64,000 bases of DNA from the sequence record MW349128.1; one strand, given 5' to 3'. This document shows, in pieces, positions 1 to 11,800 of the stretch (its first letter is position 1; each line of letters begins with the position of its first letter). The position numbers and the translations under genes were made by a program. The notes below the pieces were generated by a model that did no database searches, was not told where the DNA came from, and saw only the letters and a program-made list of their open reading frames with translations.

Positions 1-1
1 T

Positions 2-190
2 AAACTCTCACCTAACAGTGAAAATGCAGAAGGAATGAAAAAAGAACAAGAAGCTAGAAGAAAAGATATTGCTTCAATTAAACGTATCAATAGTGTTATT
101 GAAGGAAATGATATGAGTAATTCTATATTTGGTCAACAACAAAAACCAATGGATAACAATAATAAACGTATTATGGATTTATTCAAATAA
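2..190 (+). CDS. 3' end of hypothetical protein (partial, runs off left edge)
   Basis: Open frame +2 (KLSPNSENAEGMKKEQEARRKDIAS...IMDLFK*) ending TAA 188-190, followed by a hairpin. Confidence 0.75.
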   Translation, partial: KLSPNSENAEGMKKEQEARRKDIASIKRINSVIEGNDMSNSIFGQQQKPMDNNNKRIMDLFK

Positions 191-198
191 AATATATA

Positions 199-230
199 AG
201 AGTAATGATGATTAACTTCGTCATTACTCT
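199..230 (+). terminator. Hairpin, probable intrinsic terminator
   Basis: AGAGTAATGATGA-ttaact-TCGTCATTACTCT followed by ATTTTATT. Confidence 0.7.
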
Positions 231-362
231 ATTTTATTGGAAATTTTTATAAAATGTTATTAACTAAGTTGTATAGTAGAGTTGATTTTAGAAAAGATAA
301 AAGAAAATTTTAGTTATTCGTCAGAATAATATATTATATAAAAATAAAAAGATAAATGGGAA

Positions 363-1163
363 GTGAAAATTTTGACTAAGACATACTTAATTGATGACAA
401 AGATGATTTAGAAATGGTTAAAGAAGAATACGATGAAATTATTATGAATATTTCTGAAGATATTATGGTAGATAATATTAAAGATCAAATTCATGAATCT
501 AATACAAAGCAATTTTATACTGATCAACATCATAAGAATTTCTTTGAATACTTTGAAATCCGATTTAATTTTGTATTAGAAAGATATAAAGATGATAATG
601 ATATTTTAAATAGAACTAAAGAAGTTTATAATGATATTTTAAATGAAATATTAGAATCAATTCAAGATACTTATCAATTATCTATTGAATTTTCAGAAGA
701 TATTTTAGTTGAAGATAAAGCTCAGTATATTAAATCATTATACTATTTCTTTGTATTAAATAAAAAAGAAATGATTAATAATCTATTTATTAATTATATT
801 GAAAAGAATATTGTACATTTATCTAAGACTTATGAAGATAATTTAAATGATGATATTAATACTTCATTATCATATAACAATTTAAAGAAAACTATTGATA
901 ATGAATACACAGCTATGATTTATTCTATTCCAGATATTATTGAAGGAATTTATATTGGAGATAATGAAGATATTATTGAAACTATAATTCTAGATGAAGA
1001 ATCTGAATTGAATAATTATCAGATTGATAAAATGTTAGTAGAACAATCAATTACTGATGTTAGATTTGATAATAATCTTATTAACGTATTAAGAGAAACA
1101 TTTGAAGATAATAACGTATTATTTAGAGAAATCCAGTATTATTTCATTAATAAATATAAATAA
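363..1163 (+). CDS. Hypothetical acidic protein, 266 aa
   Basis: Long ORF, phage-typical codon use, no recognised motif. Confidence 0.8.
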   Translation: MKILTKTYLIDDKDDLEMVKEEYDEIIMNISEDIMVDNIKDQIHESNTKQFYTDQHHKNFFEYFEIRFNFVLERYKDDNDILNRTKEVYNDILNEILESIQDTYQLSIEFSEDILVEDKAQYIKSLYYFFVLNKKEMINNLFINYIEKNIVHLSKTYEDNLNDDINTSLSYNNLKKTIDNEYTAMIYSIPDIIEGIYIGDNEDIIETIILDEESELNNYQIDKMLVEQSITDVRFDNNLINVLRETFEDNNVLFREIQYYFINKYK

Positions 1164-1169
1164 GGAGAT

Positions 1170-1922
1170 TTGTCAAAAATGGTAGAAGAGAATAAATATG
1201 TTGAAGAATTAGAAAAAGATTTACAAAATGCGATGGAAGAATTTGATAAAGAAAATGAAGAATTAGAAAAAGAAATCGAAGAAAAAAAGAAAGATATCAA
1301 TAAAGAATTATCAACTTACTATGGTAAAGATAATATTGATATCAATGACGTACTATCTGTAGATTCTAAAGTTCAAAGATATCAAGAAAAATTAGATTTC
1401 ATTAATGGGGATTTAACTTTTGAAAAAGATGAAGATATTCCTGAAAGATTAAAACCTTTAAAAGATTTAAAGATTAATGATACCAAACAAATTGAAAATA
1501 TCATTGAACAAATTAAAGATAGTAAAGAAGCTAAACATATGTTAGATAATATTACTATTAGTAAATTACCTGTTAAAGAAAATAAACTTAAAAAAGTAAA
1601 TGAAAAATTAAATATGAAAATTTACAATCATAATAAAATTCATGGAAATGAAAATAATGAATACAATTATATTGATCTAGAAGAGATCTATGAAAATCTA
1701 AAAAATGCATTAGACAGTGATAGTTTCAAAGAAACAAATTCATTGTATAAATTTATGTGTTCATTAGGTTCATACATGTTACAAAATTATGAAAAATCTC
1801 CTTATTATATAAAATCTCTTTCTGAAAATGTTGATTATATTGGAAAATTCGGTAATAAATTAGAACAGAACGAAGATTTTATCAAAGTAATTAATAGTAT
1901 CTTAATTAGATACCAAAAATAA
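1170..1922 (+). CDS. Hypothetical protein with N-terminal coiled coil, 250 aa
   Basis: ORF with AGGAG SD upstream of TTG start; E/K-rich heptads. Confidence 0.8.
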   Translation: MSKMVEENKYVEELEKDLQNAMEEFDKENEELEKEIEEKKKDINKELSTYYGKDNIDINDVLSVDSKVQRYQEKLDFINGDLTFEKDEDIPERLKPLKDLKINDTKQIENIIEQIKDSKEAKHMLDNITISKLPVKENKLKKVNEKLNMKIYNHNKIHGNENNEYNYIDLEEIYENLKNALDSDSFKETNSLYKFMCSLGSYMLQNYEKSPYYIKSLSENVDYIGKFGNKLEQNEDFIKVINSILIRYQK

Positions 1923-1960
1923 ATTATAAAAATTAGAATAGAAAGAGGTTAGAGTTAGTT

Positions 1961-2194
1961 ATGCCAGAAATTAAATTTTATACAAAGAATAATTGTAGTA
2001 AATGCATGTTTAGTAAAATGGTTCTAGGTAATCAAGGAATTGAATATACAGAAATTAATATTGATGAGGATGAAAAAGCTAAAGAAGATCTTTTATCTAA
2101 AGGCTATCAATCTTTACCAGTAATTGATTTCGGTACTGATGTTGTAGTTGGAAACGATCCAGCTAAATTAAATCAAGTATTATCTACATTATAG
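1961..2194 (+). CDS. nrdH: NrdH-like glutaredoxin
   Basis: 77 aa, YTKNNCSKC (CxxC), GYQSLPVI; upstream of nrdI-nrdE-nrdF. Confidence 0.9.
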   Translation: MPEIKFYTKNNCSKCMFSKMVLGNQGIEYTEINIDEDEKAKEDLLSKGYQSLPVIDFGTDVVVGNDPAKLNQVLSTL

Positions 2195-2212
2195 AAAGGA
2201 TGATTTATCATT

Positions 2213-2416
2213 ATGAATACTATCTTTGAAAATAAAGAATCAGTAGATTATAAAAAACTTGCTGAAATGGTTCAAAACGGTCAAGTTGAAGAATTAAATG
2301 ATAAACCTTTATACGAAGGACCTTATAAAGAAAATTTCAGTATTGAAGGTTGGAATTATACCTTTGAATCTGATGGTAGTTTTTGGAAATGGGAATATCG
2401 TCAAGTAGGATATTAA
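2213..2416 (+). CDS. Hypothetical protein, 67 aa
   Basis: ORF with AAGGA SD, in operon. Confidence 0.7.
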   Translation: MNTIFENKESVDYKKLAEMVQNGQVEELNDKPLYEGPYKENFSIEGWNYTFESDGSFWKWEYRQVGY

Positions 2417-2432
2417 ATATATGAATTAAAAT

Positions 2433-2463
2433 GATCTATCATAAGGATAACTTATGATGGATC
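2433..2463 (+). terminator. Hairpin, probable terminator
   Basis: GATCTATCATAAG-gataa-CTTATGATGGATC then TATTTT. Confidence 0.6.
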
Positions 2464-2511
2464 TATTTTAAACCTCAAATTTAGAAAATATAATTAAATG
2501 GAGAGATTTTC

Positions 2512-2934
2512 ATGAAATTGGTTTATTTTACTTTAACAGGTAATAGTAAAAAATTTGCAGATAAATTAGACAAAACAATAGTTGGAGAACCTATTGAACT
2601 TAATAGAAATAACTGTGAAGAAATAGAAATGGATGAAGATTATATACTTATATGTGGATCTTATAATACTCCTCATGCAATTTATAATCACGTTAAAAAG
2701 TTCTTTAGTAATGGAATGAATTTAAGTAGATGTATTGGTATTGTAGGTTCAGGTAATAGAAATCTTAATTATGAATTCTTAACTACACCTAAGAAATTAT
2801 GTAATGATTTTAATTTAGAATTATTAATGGGTATAGAATTATTCGGAATTAAAAATGAACATATCGAATTAAATAAAAAATTAAAAGAATTAAATAACTC
2901 TAGTATTATAAATAAAGATTTAGAATTAGTATAG
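2512..2934 (+). CDS. nrdI: NrdI flavodoxin-like protein
   Basis: MKLVYFTLTGNSKKF..., GIVGSGNRN motif; directly upstream of nrdE. Confidence 0.92.
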   Translation: MKLVYFTLTGNSKKFADKLDKTIVGEPIELNRNNCEEIEMDEDYILICGSYNTPHAIYNHVKKFFSNGMNLSRCIGIVGSGNRNLNYEFLTTPKKLCNDFNLELLMGIELFGIKNEHIELNKKLKELNNSSIINKDLELV

Positions 2935-2954
2935 ATATAAGGAGATAGGATAAA

Positions 2955-5900
2955 ATGCCAAAAGAAATAGATTTAACTTCAGAAAAATTTAAAGATTATT
3001 CATATAACGAATTAAACTCAAGAGGTTCACAATTAAAAGATGGTAATTTAGATTTAGAATTTGAATTAGCTTCAGTTAAAAAATACTTTTTAGATAATGT
3101 AAATAAAAATGTAAGATACTTTAAAACTTATAAAGAAAAAATTAACTATTTAGTAGATAATGATTATATTGATGGAGATATGATCAAAAATTATGATTTT
3201 GAATTTATTAAAGGATTAATGAAAGAATTAATGGCTTATAAACATAGATTCACTCGTTTATTAGGAGCTAAAAAATTCTATGAACAGTATGCAATGAAAG
3301 ATGATGCAGGAGAAATCTTATTAGAACTATATGAAGATAGAATTTTATTTGTAGCTTTATATTTAGCTGACGGTGATGAAGAATTAGCTAGAAATATTGC
3401 TAATGAAATTATTACAGGAACTTTCCAACCTGCCACACCAACATTCCTTAATGCAGGTAGAGTACGTTCTGGAGAATTAGTAAGTTGTTTCTTATTAACT
3501 ATGGAAGACTCTTTATCATCTATTTATAGAAATATCTCTAATGTAGCTCAATTAAGTAAACGTGGTGGAGGCGTAGGTAAACTATATACGTTTCATTAAG
3601 ATTTTTGAAAATTATAAATCTTAAATGATACTAATGCCTACGAAAAATCGTGTGAACTCATACTAAAGGGGTGTCTAATTATAATAATTAGGCTAACGGT
3701 CATAGCAGTTAATTATGCTGGTAAGAGAGACTAAGTCCTATTAAATTGATAGGATAGAGTTAATACCGTGCCAAGCTTTATACTATTCATAGCTTCTAGA
3801 TGGGAGCTTGATAAAATGAAAGAAAATGAAATATTTAAACAATTAGAAGAATTTCCAGACTATGATTTTGGTAGTCATGGAACTATAATATCTTATAAGA
3901 CTAAAAATCCTAGAAAAATTATACCCAAGATTGATAAGAATGGTTATCATGAAGTAGGATTGAGAGATTATACAAATAAAAGAAAATACAGAAAAGCACA
4001 TAGACTTATTCTATTAGCACATAATTATATAGAAAATTCAGAAGATATGCAAGTAAATCATATAAATGGTAAACCAGATGACAATCGTTTATCTAATTTA
4101 GAATGGTGTACATCTAAAGAAAATATGAAACATGCATATAATATTCTTAGTAAAAATAAAGATAATAATAAATTTAAAATAGAAGTTTTGATTAAAGATA
4201 AAAATGATAATATTTTTAATTTTGAATCTATGAGTAAAGCTTCAGTATTTATCAAAAGTTCTGTTGGTGGTCTAAGATCTTTCTGGGTTAGAAGAAAAAG
4301 ACCTACAAATGAATTTATTAAATATAAAGATTATGATATAATGTTTAAGCCTAGTGAAAACTGGATTAAAGAATATGGAAAAGAAATTGTTTAAAGTTAT
4401 GAATAGTAAATTGAAGGTGTAGAGACTATCGAAAAGAAAGTTTAATTACTTTACTTAGTAGAGTAGGTCAGAGATTAGTACTGATCGAAGTGCATGGCAT
4501 ATTATTTTAAATAATATGAAGATATAGTCCACTCATTATAGAAATATAGTGGTTAAAGTGATTAGTTTAAGTAATTTACGTGCTGACAATGATCCAATTA
4601 AAGGTGTTGAAGGTGCAGCTTCAGGTGTAGTTCCAGTTATGAAAGTATTTGAAGATACTTTATCATATGTAAATCAACTGGGTTAATTTTAATGGCTCAG
4701 TATAAATATTGTTAATTGCTGGAAAAGTTTACAAGCTTAATCAGCATCAATCAAGATGATTGTTCAACGACTAAATATAATAATACTTATTAATAGTATA
4801 AGATATAGTCTAATCTATATGAATTTCATATAGTTAATATAAATGCAACGTAATGGAGCTGGAGCTCTTTATTTAAATATTTTCCATAAAGATGTAGTAA
4901 AATTCTTAGATACTAAGAAAGAAAATGCTGATGAAAAAGTAAGATTAAAAACTATTTCATTAGGTTTAACAGTTCCAGATAAATATTATCAATTAGTTAA
5001 AGAAAATAAATCATTATATACATTTAGTCCATATGACATTAAAAAATATTACGATTTAGATTTCGATAGTATTGACTTTAATACTTATTATGATATCTTT
5101 GTAGATGATAAACGTATTAGTAAAGAGAAAATGTATGCTCGTGATTTAGAAACTACTATTAGTAAATTACAACAAGAATCTGGTTATCCTTATATCATTA
5201 ATATTGATACAGCTAATAGAGCTAATCCAATTAGTCATGGTACAATTAAAATGAGTAACTTGTGTAGCGAAATTCTACAAGTACAATACCCTTCATTAGT
5301 TGACGATAATCAACAATATGTTAAAACAGGAACAGACGTTTCATGTAATTTAGCTTCAACTATTGTACCTGGTTTAATGAAATCAAAAGACTTTGGTAAA
5401 TCAGTTGGAACTATGTTAAGAAGTTTAAATTCAGTAGCAGAAAAATCTAATATTGAAGCTGTACCTACAGTTAAGAAAGCTAATGATCTATTCCATACAG
5501 TTGGTTTAGGTGCAATGGGATTACACACTTATTTAGCTGAAAACCATATTCAATATGGATCAGAAGAATCTAAAGACTTTACTAATATTTATTTCATGTT
5601 ATTAAACTATTGGACATTAGTTGAATCAAATAAAATTGCTAAAGAAAAAGATGAGTCATTCTATTTATTTGAAAAAACTGAATATGCTGATGGCTCTTAC
5701 TTTGATAAACGTTATATTGGTAAAAATATTCAACCACGTACTGAAAAAGTTAAAGAATTATTTGAAGATATCTTTATTCCATCTGATAGTGATTGGGAAC
5801 AATTAAGAAATAATATTGTTATGGACGGTCTATACAATCAAAATAGATTAGCTGTAGCACCTAATGGTTCTATTGGTTATGTTAGAGAAGTATCACCTTC

Positions 5901-6300
5901 AATTCACCCTATTGTTGAATTAATTGAAGAGCGTGTAGAAGGTAAAACAGGTACTACTTTCTATCCAGCACCAGGTATTACACCAGACAACTTTGAATAC
6001 TTTAAGAAAAATGCATATCAACTGGATATGAGAGATATGATTGATTTATATTCAGAAGCTCAATATCATGTAGACCAAGGTATTTCAATGAATATTTACT
6101 TAATGAATGAACTTGATCCAGATATATATGAATGGAAAAAAGATTCTTTAGATAAAGAAACTACTACTCGTGATATTAGTAGATTACGTAACTATGCTTA
6201 TAGTAAAGGTATTAAATCTATGTATTATACTCGTATTTATTCACCAGACCATGATTCTCAATCTCAAGGAATAGTTGAATGTGAATCTTGTTCTATCTAA
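2955..6300 (+). CDS. nrdE: Class Ib ribonucleotide reductase alpha subunit, spliced: join(2955..3578,4561..4683,4846..6300), 733 aa
   Basis: Motifs FQPATPTFLNAG, SCFLL, GGGVG|ISLSNLR, NQLG|QRNGAGA, SNLCSEILQ, C-terminal CESCSI; the joins restore the frame at U|...G| boundaries. Confidence 0.93.
3579..4560 (+). mobile_element. Group I intron nrdE-I1 (982 nt) encoding an HNH homing endonuclease
   Basis: Interrupts GGGVG|ISLSNLR; 5' exon ends in U, intron ends in G; core elements GAAGGTGTAGAGACTATC and AAGATATAGTCC; P9 hairpin with GAAA loop; P1 pairing not clean. Confidence 0.88.
3816..4394 (+). CDS. Intron-encoded NUMOD4-HNH homing endonuclease (likely start 3816)
   Basis: GYHEVGL...KAHRLILLA...VNHINGKPDDNRLSNLEWCTSKENMKHAY; GGAG SD before ATG 3816. 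Confidence 0.9.
   Translation: MKENEIFKQLEEFPDYDFGSHGTIISYKTKNPRKIIPKIDKNGYHEVGLRDYTNKRKYRKAHRLILLAHNYIENSEDMQVNHINGKPDDNRLSNLEWCTSKENMKHAYNILSKNKDNNKFKIEVLIKDKNDNIFNFESMSKASVFIKSSVGGLRSFWVRRKRPTNEFIKYKDYDIMFKPSENWIKEYGKEIV
4684..4845 (+). ncRNA. ORF-less mini group I intron nrdE-I2 (162 nt)
   Basis: NQLG|QRNGA restored; P1 ACUGGGU/GCUCAGU with U-G wobble; AATTGCTGGAAA, AATCAGCATC, GTTCAACGACTA, AAGATATAGTCT; ends in G. Confidence 0.9.
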
Positions 6301-6314
6301 TTGGAGGAAATTAT

Positions 6315-6533
6315 ATGACATTAAAAGAAAAATTTGAAAGTAAATATAGAAATTTAAATAAAGAACCAGAAATTTTAATTGTAGTAATTAAACTACCAAG
6401 TGGAGCTAAGGAAGTAATTTCCAATAGCTCTGACTTGGATAATAAAGTTCATTATTACTTAGAAAATTATGATGATCAATTTAGACATGTTAGAGATAAA
6501 AAAGTAAAGATAATTGATTTTATATTAGTATAA
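6315..6533 (+). CDS. Hypothetical protein, 72 aa (start after GGAGG SD)
   Basis: ORF between nrdE and nrdF. Confidence 0.75.
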   Translation: MTLKEKFESKYRNLNKEPEILIVVIKLPSGAKEVISNSSDLDNKVHYYLENYDDQFRHVRDKKVKIIDFILV

Positions 6534-6554
6534 AGAATAAGGAGAGTTACTTAG

Positions 6555-7628
6555 ATGACAACAAAAGGAAATTTCTTAACAAGTAGTAATGATAATAAAA
6601 GTTATTATAGTCCTATGAATTGGAATAAAGTAGACGATTATGTAGATTTAATGACATTTGATACTTTAGTATCACAATTTTGGACTTCAACACGTATTCC
6701 AGTTTCAAATGATATTAAAGCTTGGAATGGATTAGATGATAATACAAAAGATGTAGTTAATAAAGTATTTGCCGAATTAACTACTCTTGATACACTTCAA
6801 TCACGTGAAGGAGGAGATGCTTTACTTCATCATGCTCTTACACCTATGGAAGAAGATGTATTAAACAACATCAGATTTATGGAAAGTATTCACAATCGCT
6901 CGTATAGTACTATTTTTACTACTTTGTTAAATTCAAAACAAGTAGATGAAAACTTCAAATGGGTAGAAGAAAATGAACATGTTCAAAAGAAAATTAAATT
7001 GATTAATGAAGCTTATCAATCAGGTGATATCCTTAAAGTGCAAGCCGCTTCAGTATTCTTAGAGTCATTCTTATTTTATTCAGGTTTTTATACTCCATTA
7101 AGATTAAAAGATAGTCTTAAAAGTGTATTAGAAATCATTAAATTAATCTTAAGAGATGAGTCACTTCATGGTTCTTATATTGGATATAAATTTGGTAAAC
7201 GTTATGAAAAATTAGAAGAAAATGAACAAAACGAAATTAAAATGTGGGTAACTAATTTACTATTTGAACTTTATCAAGTTGAATGTGAATTCATTGAAGA
7301 AGTTTATACTGAAATTGGTTGGGCTGAAGATGTTAAAATATTCGCTCAATATAATGCCAATAAAGCTTTATTAAATCTTAAATTAGATCCTATTTTCGAA
7401 ACTACTGAAGAAGATGTAAATCCAATTGTAATGGCTGGATTAAAAACTTCTACTGGTAATCATGATTTCTTCTCTCAAGAAGGTAACGGATATCTTATTG
7501 GTAAAGCTGAAAATACTAAAGAAGAAGATTATGATTCAATTGATGTTAATGAACTTAATAAGAATATCATTGATTCATATAAAGATAAAGCAGATGATAG
7601 ATTTAGTCATAGTTACTATATAGATTAA
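6555..7628 (+). CDS. nrdF: Class Ib ribonucleotide reductase beta subunit
   Basis: QFWTSTRIPVSNDI, TTLDTLQ, MESIHNRSY (radical Tyr), ESFLFYSGF, RDESLHG. Confidence 0.95.
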   Translation: MTTKGNFLTSSNDNKSYYSPMNWNKVDDYVDLMTFDTLVSQFWTSTRIPVSNDIKAWNGLDDNTKDVVNKVFAELTTLDTLQSREGGDALLHHALTPMEEDVLNNIRFMESIHNRSYSTIFTTLLNSKQVDENFKWVEENEHVQKKIKLINEAYQSGDILKVQAASVFLESFLFYSGFYTPLRLKDSLKSVLEIIKLILRDESLHGSYIGYKFGKRYEKLEENEQNEIKMWVTNLLFELYQVECEFIEEVYTEIGWAEDVKIFAQYNANKALLNLKLDPIFETTEEDVNPIVMAGLKTSTGNHDFFSQEGNGYLIGKAENTKEEDYDSIDVNELNKNIIDSYKDKADDRFSHSYYID

Positions 7629-7655
7629 TAAACAAATGTATATGATTAATTTGCA

Positions 7656-7686
7656 GCCCTAACATTTCTAACTGAGATGTTAGGGC
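7656..7686 (+). terminator. Intrinsic terminator after nrdF
   Basis: GCCCTAACATTTC-taact-GAGATGTTAGGGC + ATTTTTT. Confidence 0.8.
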
Positions 7687-7713
7687 ATTTTTTACGCACG
7701 AAAATTGAGCTTT

Positions 7714-7725
7714 AACATTCTTATA
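7714..7725 (+). promoter_or_regulatory. Putative late promoter AACA-N6-TA
   Basis: AACAttcttaTA; same pattern upstream of several structural genes; matches the AR9 late consensus as recalled. Confidence 0.5.
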
Positions 7726-7736
7726 TTTATGAAATA

Positions 7737-8510
7737 TTGAAGAGAAGGGAGATATATTTAAAATTGAATATTAAAGAATTTAGAAGAGAAGGAAATTCAA
7801 TAATTTTTACTGGTGAAGTATTAGATATTTATATACCAAGAGAACAATTTAAAAACGGTTTAGCTGAACATCGTGGAGAATATATTAATGCTTATGGTAT
7901 GTTCCAATTTGAAATTAAAACTGAAAAACAAGCTGAAGAAGGTAAATCTGGTGAAATTAGAAAGATTAAATATCCTAATAGAATGGATTTCAACTATACA
8001 GAACAGTTTAAATTTGATGGGAAATTATCAGAAGATTTAGATCCAATTCAGTATGACGTATTTAGATTGACTAATGGATGTCAGTTTATGGCTAATGTAC
8101 ATATTGAACAATCAGCTGAAACTGTTAAGAATTTTTTATTTCTATTTCATGCAGGTAAATTACCTTCATTTGTAGATTATAATGATATTATTAAACTTCA
8201 TTATGATGTATTAAATAGTAATAAAGTAAATCTTAAATCAAATTCATTAACTTATGAATTAATTATCGCTGAAATATGTAGATATAAAGGTAATGTAGAA
8301 ATGCCTTATAGAATAGCTTTGAATAAAAAAGATAATGTAGGATCATTAGACTATATTAATTATAATCTTAAGAAATTACCTAATCTTAATTCAACATTTG
8401 CTTCATTTACATTTGAAGGAATGGATGATACAATTGTAAGTTCTATAGGTAGAACTGCTAAGGGTGGAGAAGAAAAACGTACACCTTTAGAAGATGTTAT
8501 GAAATATTAA
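7737..8510 (+). CDS. Putative RNA polymerase beta-prime C-terminal-like subunit (257 aa; start may be TTG 7761)
   Basis: C-terminus LPNLNSTFASFTFEGMDDTIVSSI...TPLEDVMKY resembles beta-prime region H (SFISAASFQET..VLT.AA); judged by eye. Confidence 0.45.
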   Translation: MKRREIYLKLNIKEFRREGNSIIFTGEVLDIYIPREQFKNGLAEHRGEYINAYGMFQFEIKTEKQAEEGKSGEIRKIKYPNRMDFNYTEQFKFDGKLSEDLDPIQYDVFRLTNGCQFMANVHIEQSAETVKNFLFLFHAGKLPSFVDYNDIIKLHYDVLNSNKVNLKSNSLTYELIIAEICRYKGNVEMPYRIALNKKDNVGSLDYINYNLKKLPNLNSTFASFTFEGMDDTIVSSIGRTAKGGEEKRTPLEDVMKY

Positions 8511-8530
8511 TAGAAAGAAGTGTTAATAAT

Positions 8531-8725
8531 ATGATATGGAAAATATCAAAGAATTTATTACCTTTGGTAAAATCTTTACTGTTATTTGCTAAATTTAATT
8601 CTAATAAAAAATATTTTAAACCTTATTTAGCATTTTTAGTTTTTCAAAATGAAATAAGTATAGATCAAATACCTGAAGAATATAAAGCTGATGTAGAAAA
8701 ATTAGTTAAAAGTTCTATGGAATAG
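8531..8725 (+). CDS. Small CD1375/XkdX-like tail-associated protein
   Basis: YLAFLVFQNEISIDQIPEEYKADVEKLV pattern; upstream of the sheath gene. Confidence 0.4.
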   Translation: MIWKISKNLLPLVKSLLLFAKFNSNKKYFKPYLAFLVFQNEISIDQIPEEYKADVEKLVKSSME

Positions 8726-8759
8726 TTGCATTGTGTTTCATATATACTTCTGTACTTTA

Positions 8760-8771
8760 AACATACTATTA
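8760..8771 (+). promoter_or_regulatory. Putative late promoter upstream of tail sheath
   Basis: AACAtactatTA. Confidence 0.5.
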
Positions 8772-8852
8772 TAAAATTTATTATATTAAAAATGTCTATT
8801 GAAAAAATAAAATCACATAGATGTAAATATCGAAAGGAAGGTTACAAAAAAT

Positions 8853-11800
8853 ATGGCAGACTTTATGTATCTCCATCCTTCTGTACAAACTCAAGTTAAC
8901 TCTTATCAAAATAACTTCCAAACAGCTGAAGGTCCAGTGACTTTATTTGCAGCTGACACATTTGAAAAAGGTAAAGATGGAGTTATTGACTTTGTTGGTA
9001 CTGAAGAAGAATTTATCTTTAAATATGGTGAACCAAATTACGCAAAATACGGACAAACTGCTTACAACATGGTAAACTGGTTACGTTCTGGTGGTCAAGC
9101 TTACGTATTACGTGTACTACCTCAAAACGCAACTTACTCTCATGCCATTTTAAATGTTCAAAGTAGAGTTCAACGTAAAGGCAAAAAAGTTTTAACAGAA
9201 GCAAATGAATTAGTAGAAATTGATGACGTTAAAATTCGTCCAACTATTGCATTTGTTAAGAAAAATAATAGAAATATTGAAGAATTAGTAAATGAAATTT
9301 CATTAGACCGTACTGCAGAACAAACTGTAGATGGATATAATAATAATTTCTTATTATTAGCTTATCCAAATGGTCGTGGTGAATCTTATAACGATCTAGG
9401 AATTCGTTTAACATTAAATACTTCTTATGACACTAGTGGTCGTACTGAACGTGTTTATAATTTAGAAGTATTAGATTTCGATGAATTTGGTAACGTTAAT
9501 GTAATAGATGGACCTTTCTTAGTAACATTTGATACAGATTCAATTTCTGATACTGGTGAATCAATGTTTATCGAAGAAGTAGTTAATCGTTATTCTAAAT
9601 ATATCAATATTAAATTTAATCTTGAAAATTTCCAAAGATTAGCTGAGCAAATTAATCCATATGTTCATCCAGCTAGTATTGATGTTATTTCTGGACGTTC
9701 TAAAGTAGGTTTAGACGGAAATCCTGAAACATTCTACTCTGAAATTACTAAAGATTCAGAAGATGTTCATGTTTCTTTACAACGCTACAACAATAAAGGT
9801 ATTCCAGTAACTATTAATGGACAACCAGTATTAAATAAACCTGATTTTAACGATCCAGTTGAAAATGCTTTAATTTCATTAGATAATGGTATTCGTGAAA
9901 AATCATTTGTAACAGATTCTGACCGTTTATCTTACATGAGAGATCAATATAAGACTCTACGTTCTGATAAATTCTCTGAATTCAAGTCAATCTTAAATAA
10001 AATTATCGTACCTAATGGTGGACTATTTGTTGATGATGCAGGAGATCTTCCTAAGACAATTAAAGAGAATTTAGTTTCTGATAAATTAACTCAAGAAGAT
10101 GTTACAGCTAATATTGAAGATGAAGAAGCAGTAGAAAAAGAATTAGCTGAAAAATTCAAACCTTCTGAAATTAACTTTGGTGGTAAACCTTCAGGTGTTG
10201 TATCTGAATTGGTTGAAAACTATAAAACTTATTTCGAAGATTCTAATGAAGAAAACTTATCAGCTGTATTAGCTTCTTCTGAAGAAATTGGTTCTTTACT
10301 ATTAAATGAATTCTTAGATAATGGTAATAAACTTAATGCAGCTTATGAATTAGTTTATAAATCTAATTCAGGTATTTCTTCAAATCCTAAATATCAAGCA
10401 GATGTTAAAGAATTACGTGATGTTCTTTCTCAAAAAGACCAAATCCGTATCTTTGGTATTCAACATAAATCTAATATCTTAGATATTACAAATGATATTG
10501 CTGAATTACGTATTGGAATGAAATCTGTAACTAATATTGAAGGTATGAGTAAAGTATTAAACGATACTGAAACTGAACTTAAATATGTTACTGATAATTT
10601 AATTCCTGCTGTTAAAGAAGGATTACCAGAAGATGCTATTAAATTCATTAACACTGTTCCTGATGAAGATGGAGACGGTGAACGTGAAATAGTTTCTCCT
10701 GAATCTATGTTAAACCGTATTGCAGATTGTCAATTATTGATTGATGATGTTCGTGTAGGTTTAATGGAAGATAACGCAACTAATCGTGAAGAAGTTTATA
10801 CTGCATGTAATGAAATTGCTAATCAATTAGTTGACTTAATTAATAGAGCTGTTTCAGTATCTTCAACTTATAAAGTTGCTCGTGCTGTACGTATTGCAGC
10901 TAACACTATCTATTATGATATTGCTATTTTCCGTAAGAACATTGATGAAATGATCCAAACTCGTTCTAACTATACTGAACGTGATATCACTTCAAATGCT
11001 CATCAAAATATTGAATTGGCTGTTGCTAACTTGAATAAAGCTAACTCTAAATACTTCAATACTAACCTTATTGATGTAGCTAGTCCGGTTAAATTCTTAT
11101 TCGGTTCAGATGGTGATTTCTCTTATGAAAATGATTTATCATATAGTGAACGTAAGAATGCAGTTAATCGTGAATTAATTAAAGCTTATAAAGGTTTAAT
11201 TGATGAAGATTTAACAAATACAAAAGCTGTTCCGTTTGATGTTGTTCTTGATGCTCGTTATTCTAACGAAGTTAAGTTCGCTATTTCTGAATTAGCTAAA
11301 AACAACCGTAAGGACTTTGTATTCTTAGCTGATACTGTTACTGATCGTTACCCAGTTAGTCCTGAAGATGCAATTAAATGGAGAAAAGAAGAATTTGCAG
11401 TATCTTCTGAGTACACAGCTATTTACTCTCAAGACTTAACTTACTATGATGAGTATACTGGTAGAGACATTCGTTTCACACCAACTTATCGTTTAGCTTC
11501 AATGATTCCTTATCAAGCAGTTAATTCTGGTTTACACTTCCCTATTGCAGGACCTAGACGTGGACTAGTAGAAGGACATAAAGCTTTATCATGGGCTCCT
11601 AATGAACCTTATAAAGAAAAACTTTATACTTCTAAGATTAACTACATTGAAAAAGATATTGATAGAACTAAATTTGGTTCTCAAATGACATCTATTAAAT
11701 CAGATGGTCCATTATCTAACCTTAATAATATCTTCACATTAAATCAAATTAAACGTGATGCTGAAACATTAGTTTCTGATTACCAATTTGAATTAAATGA

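Noticed and set aside
2955-3599. ORF-track fragments of nrdE, polB (46407, 47630, 48104), rpoC (51806, 53150) and 17443/15237 as pseudogenes or frameshifts
   Set aside because: Each break holds a group I core with exon-specific P1 pairing, and removal restores conserved motifs in frame
6555-7628. NrdF as a metal-free class Ie variant
   Set aside because: All canonical D/E/H metal ligands and the radical Tyr are present
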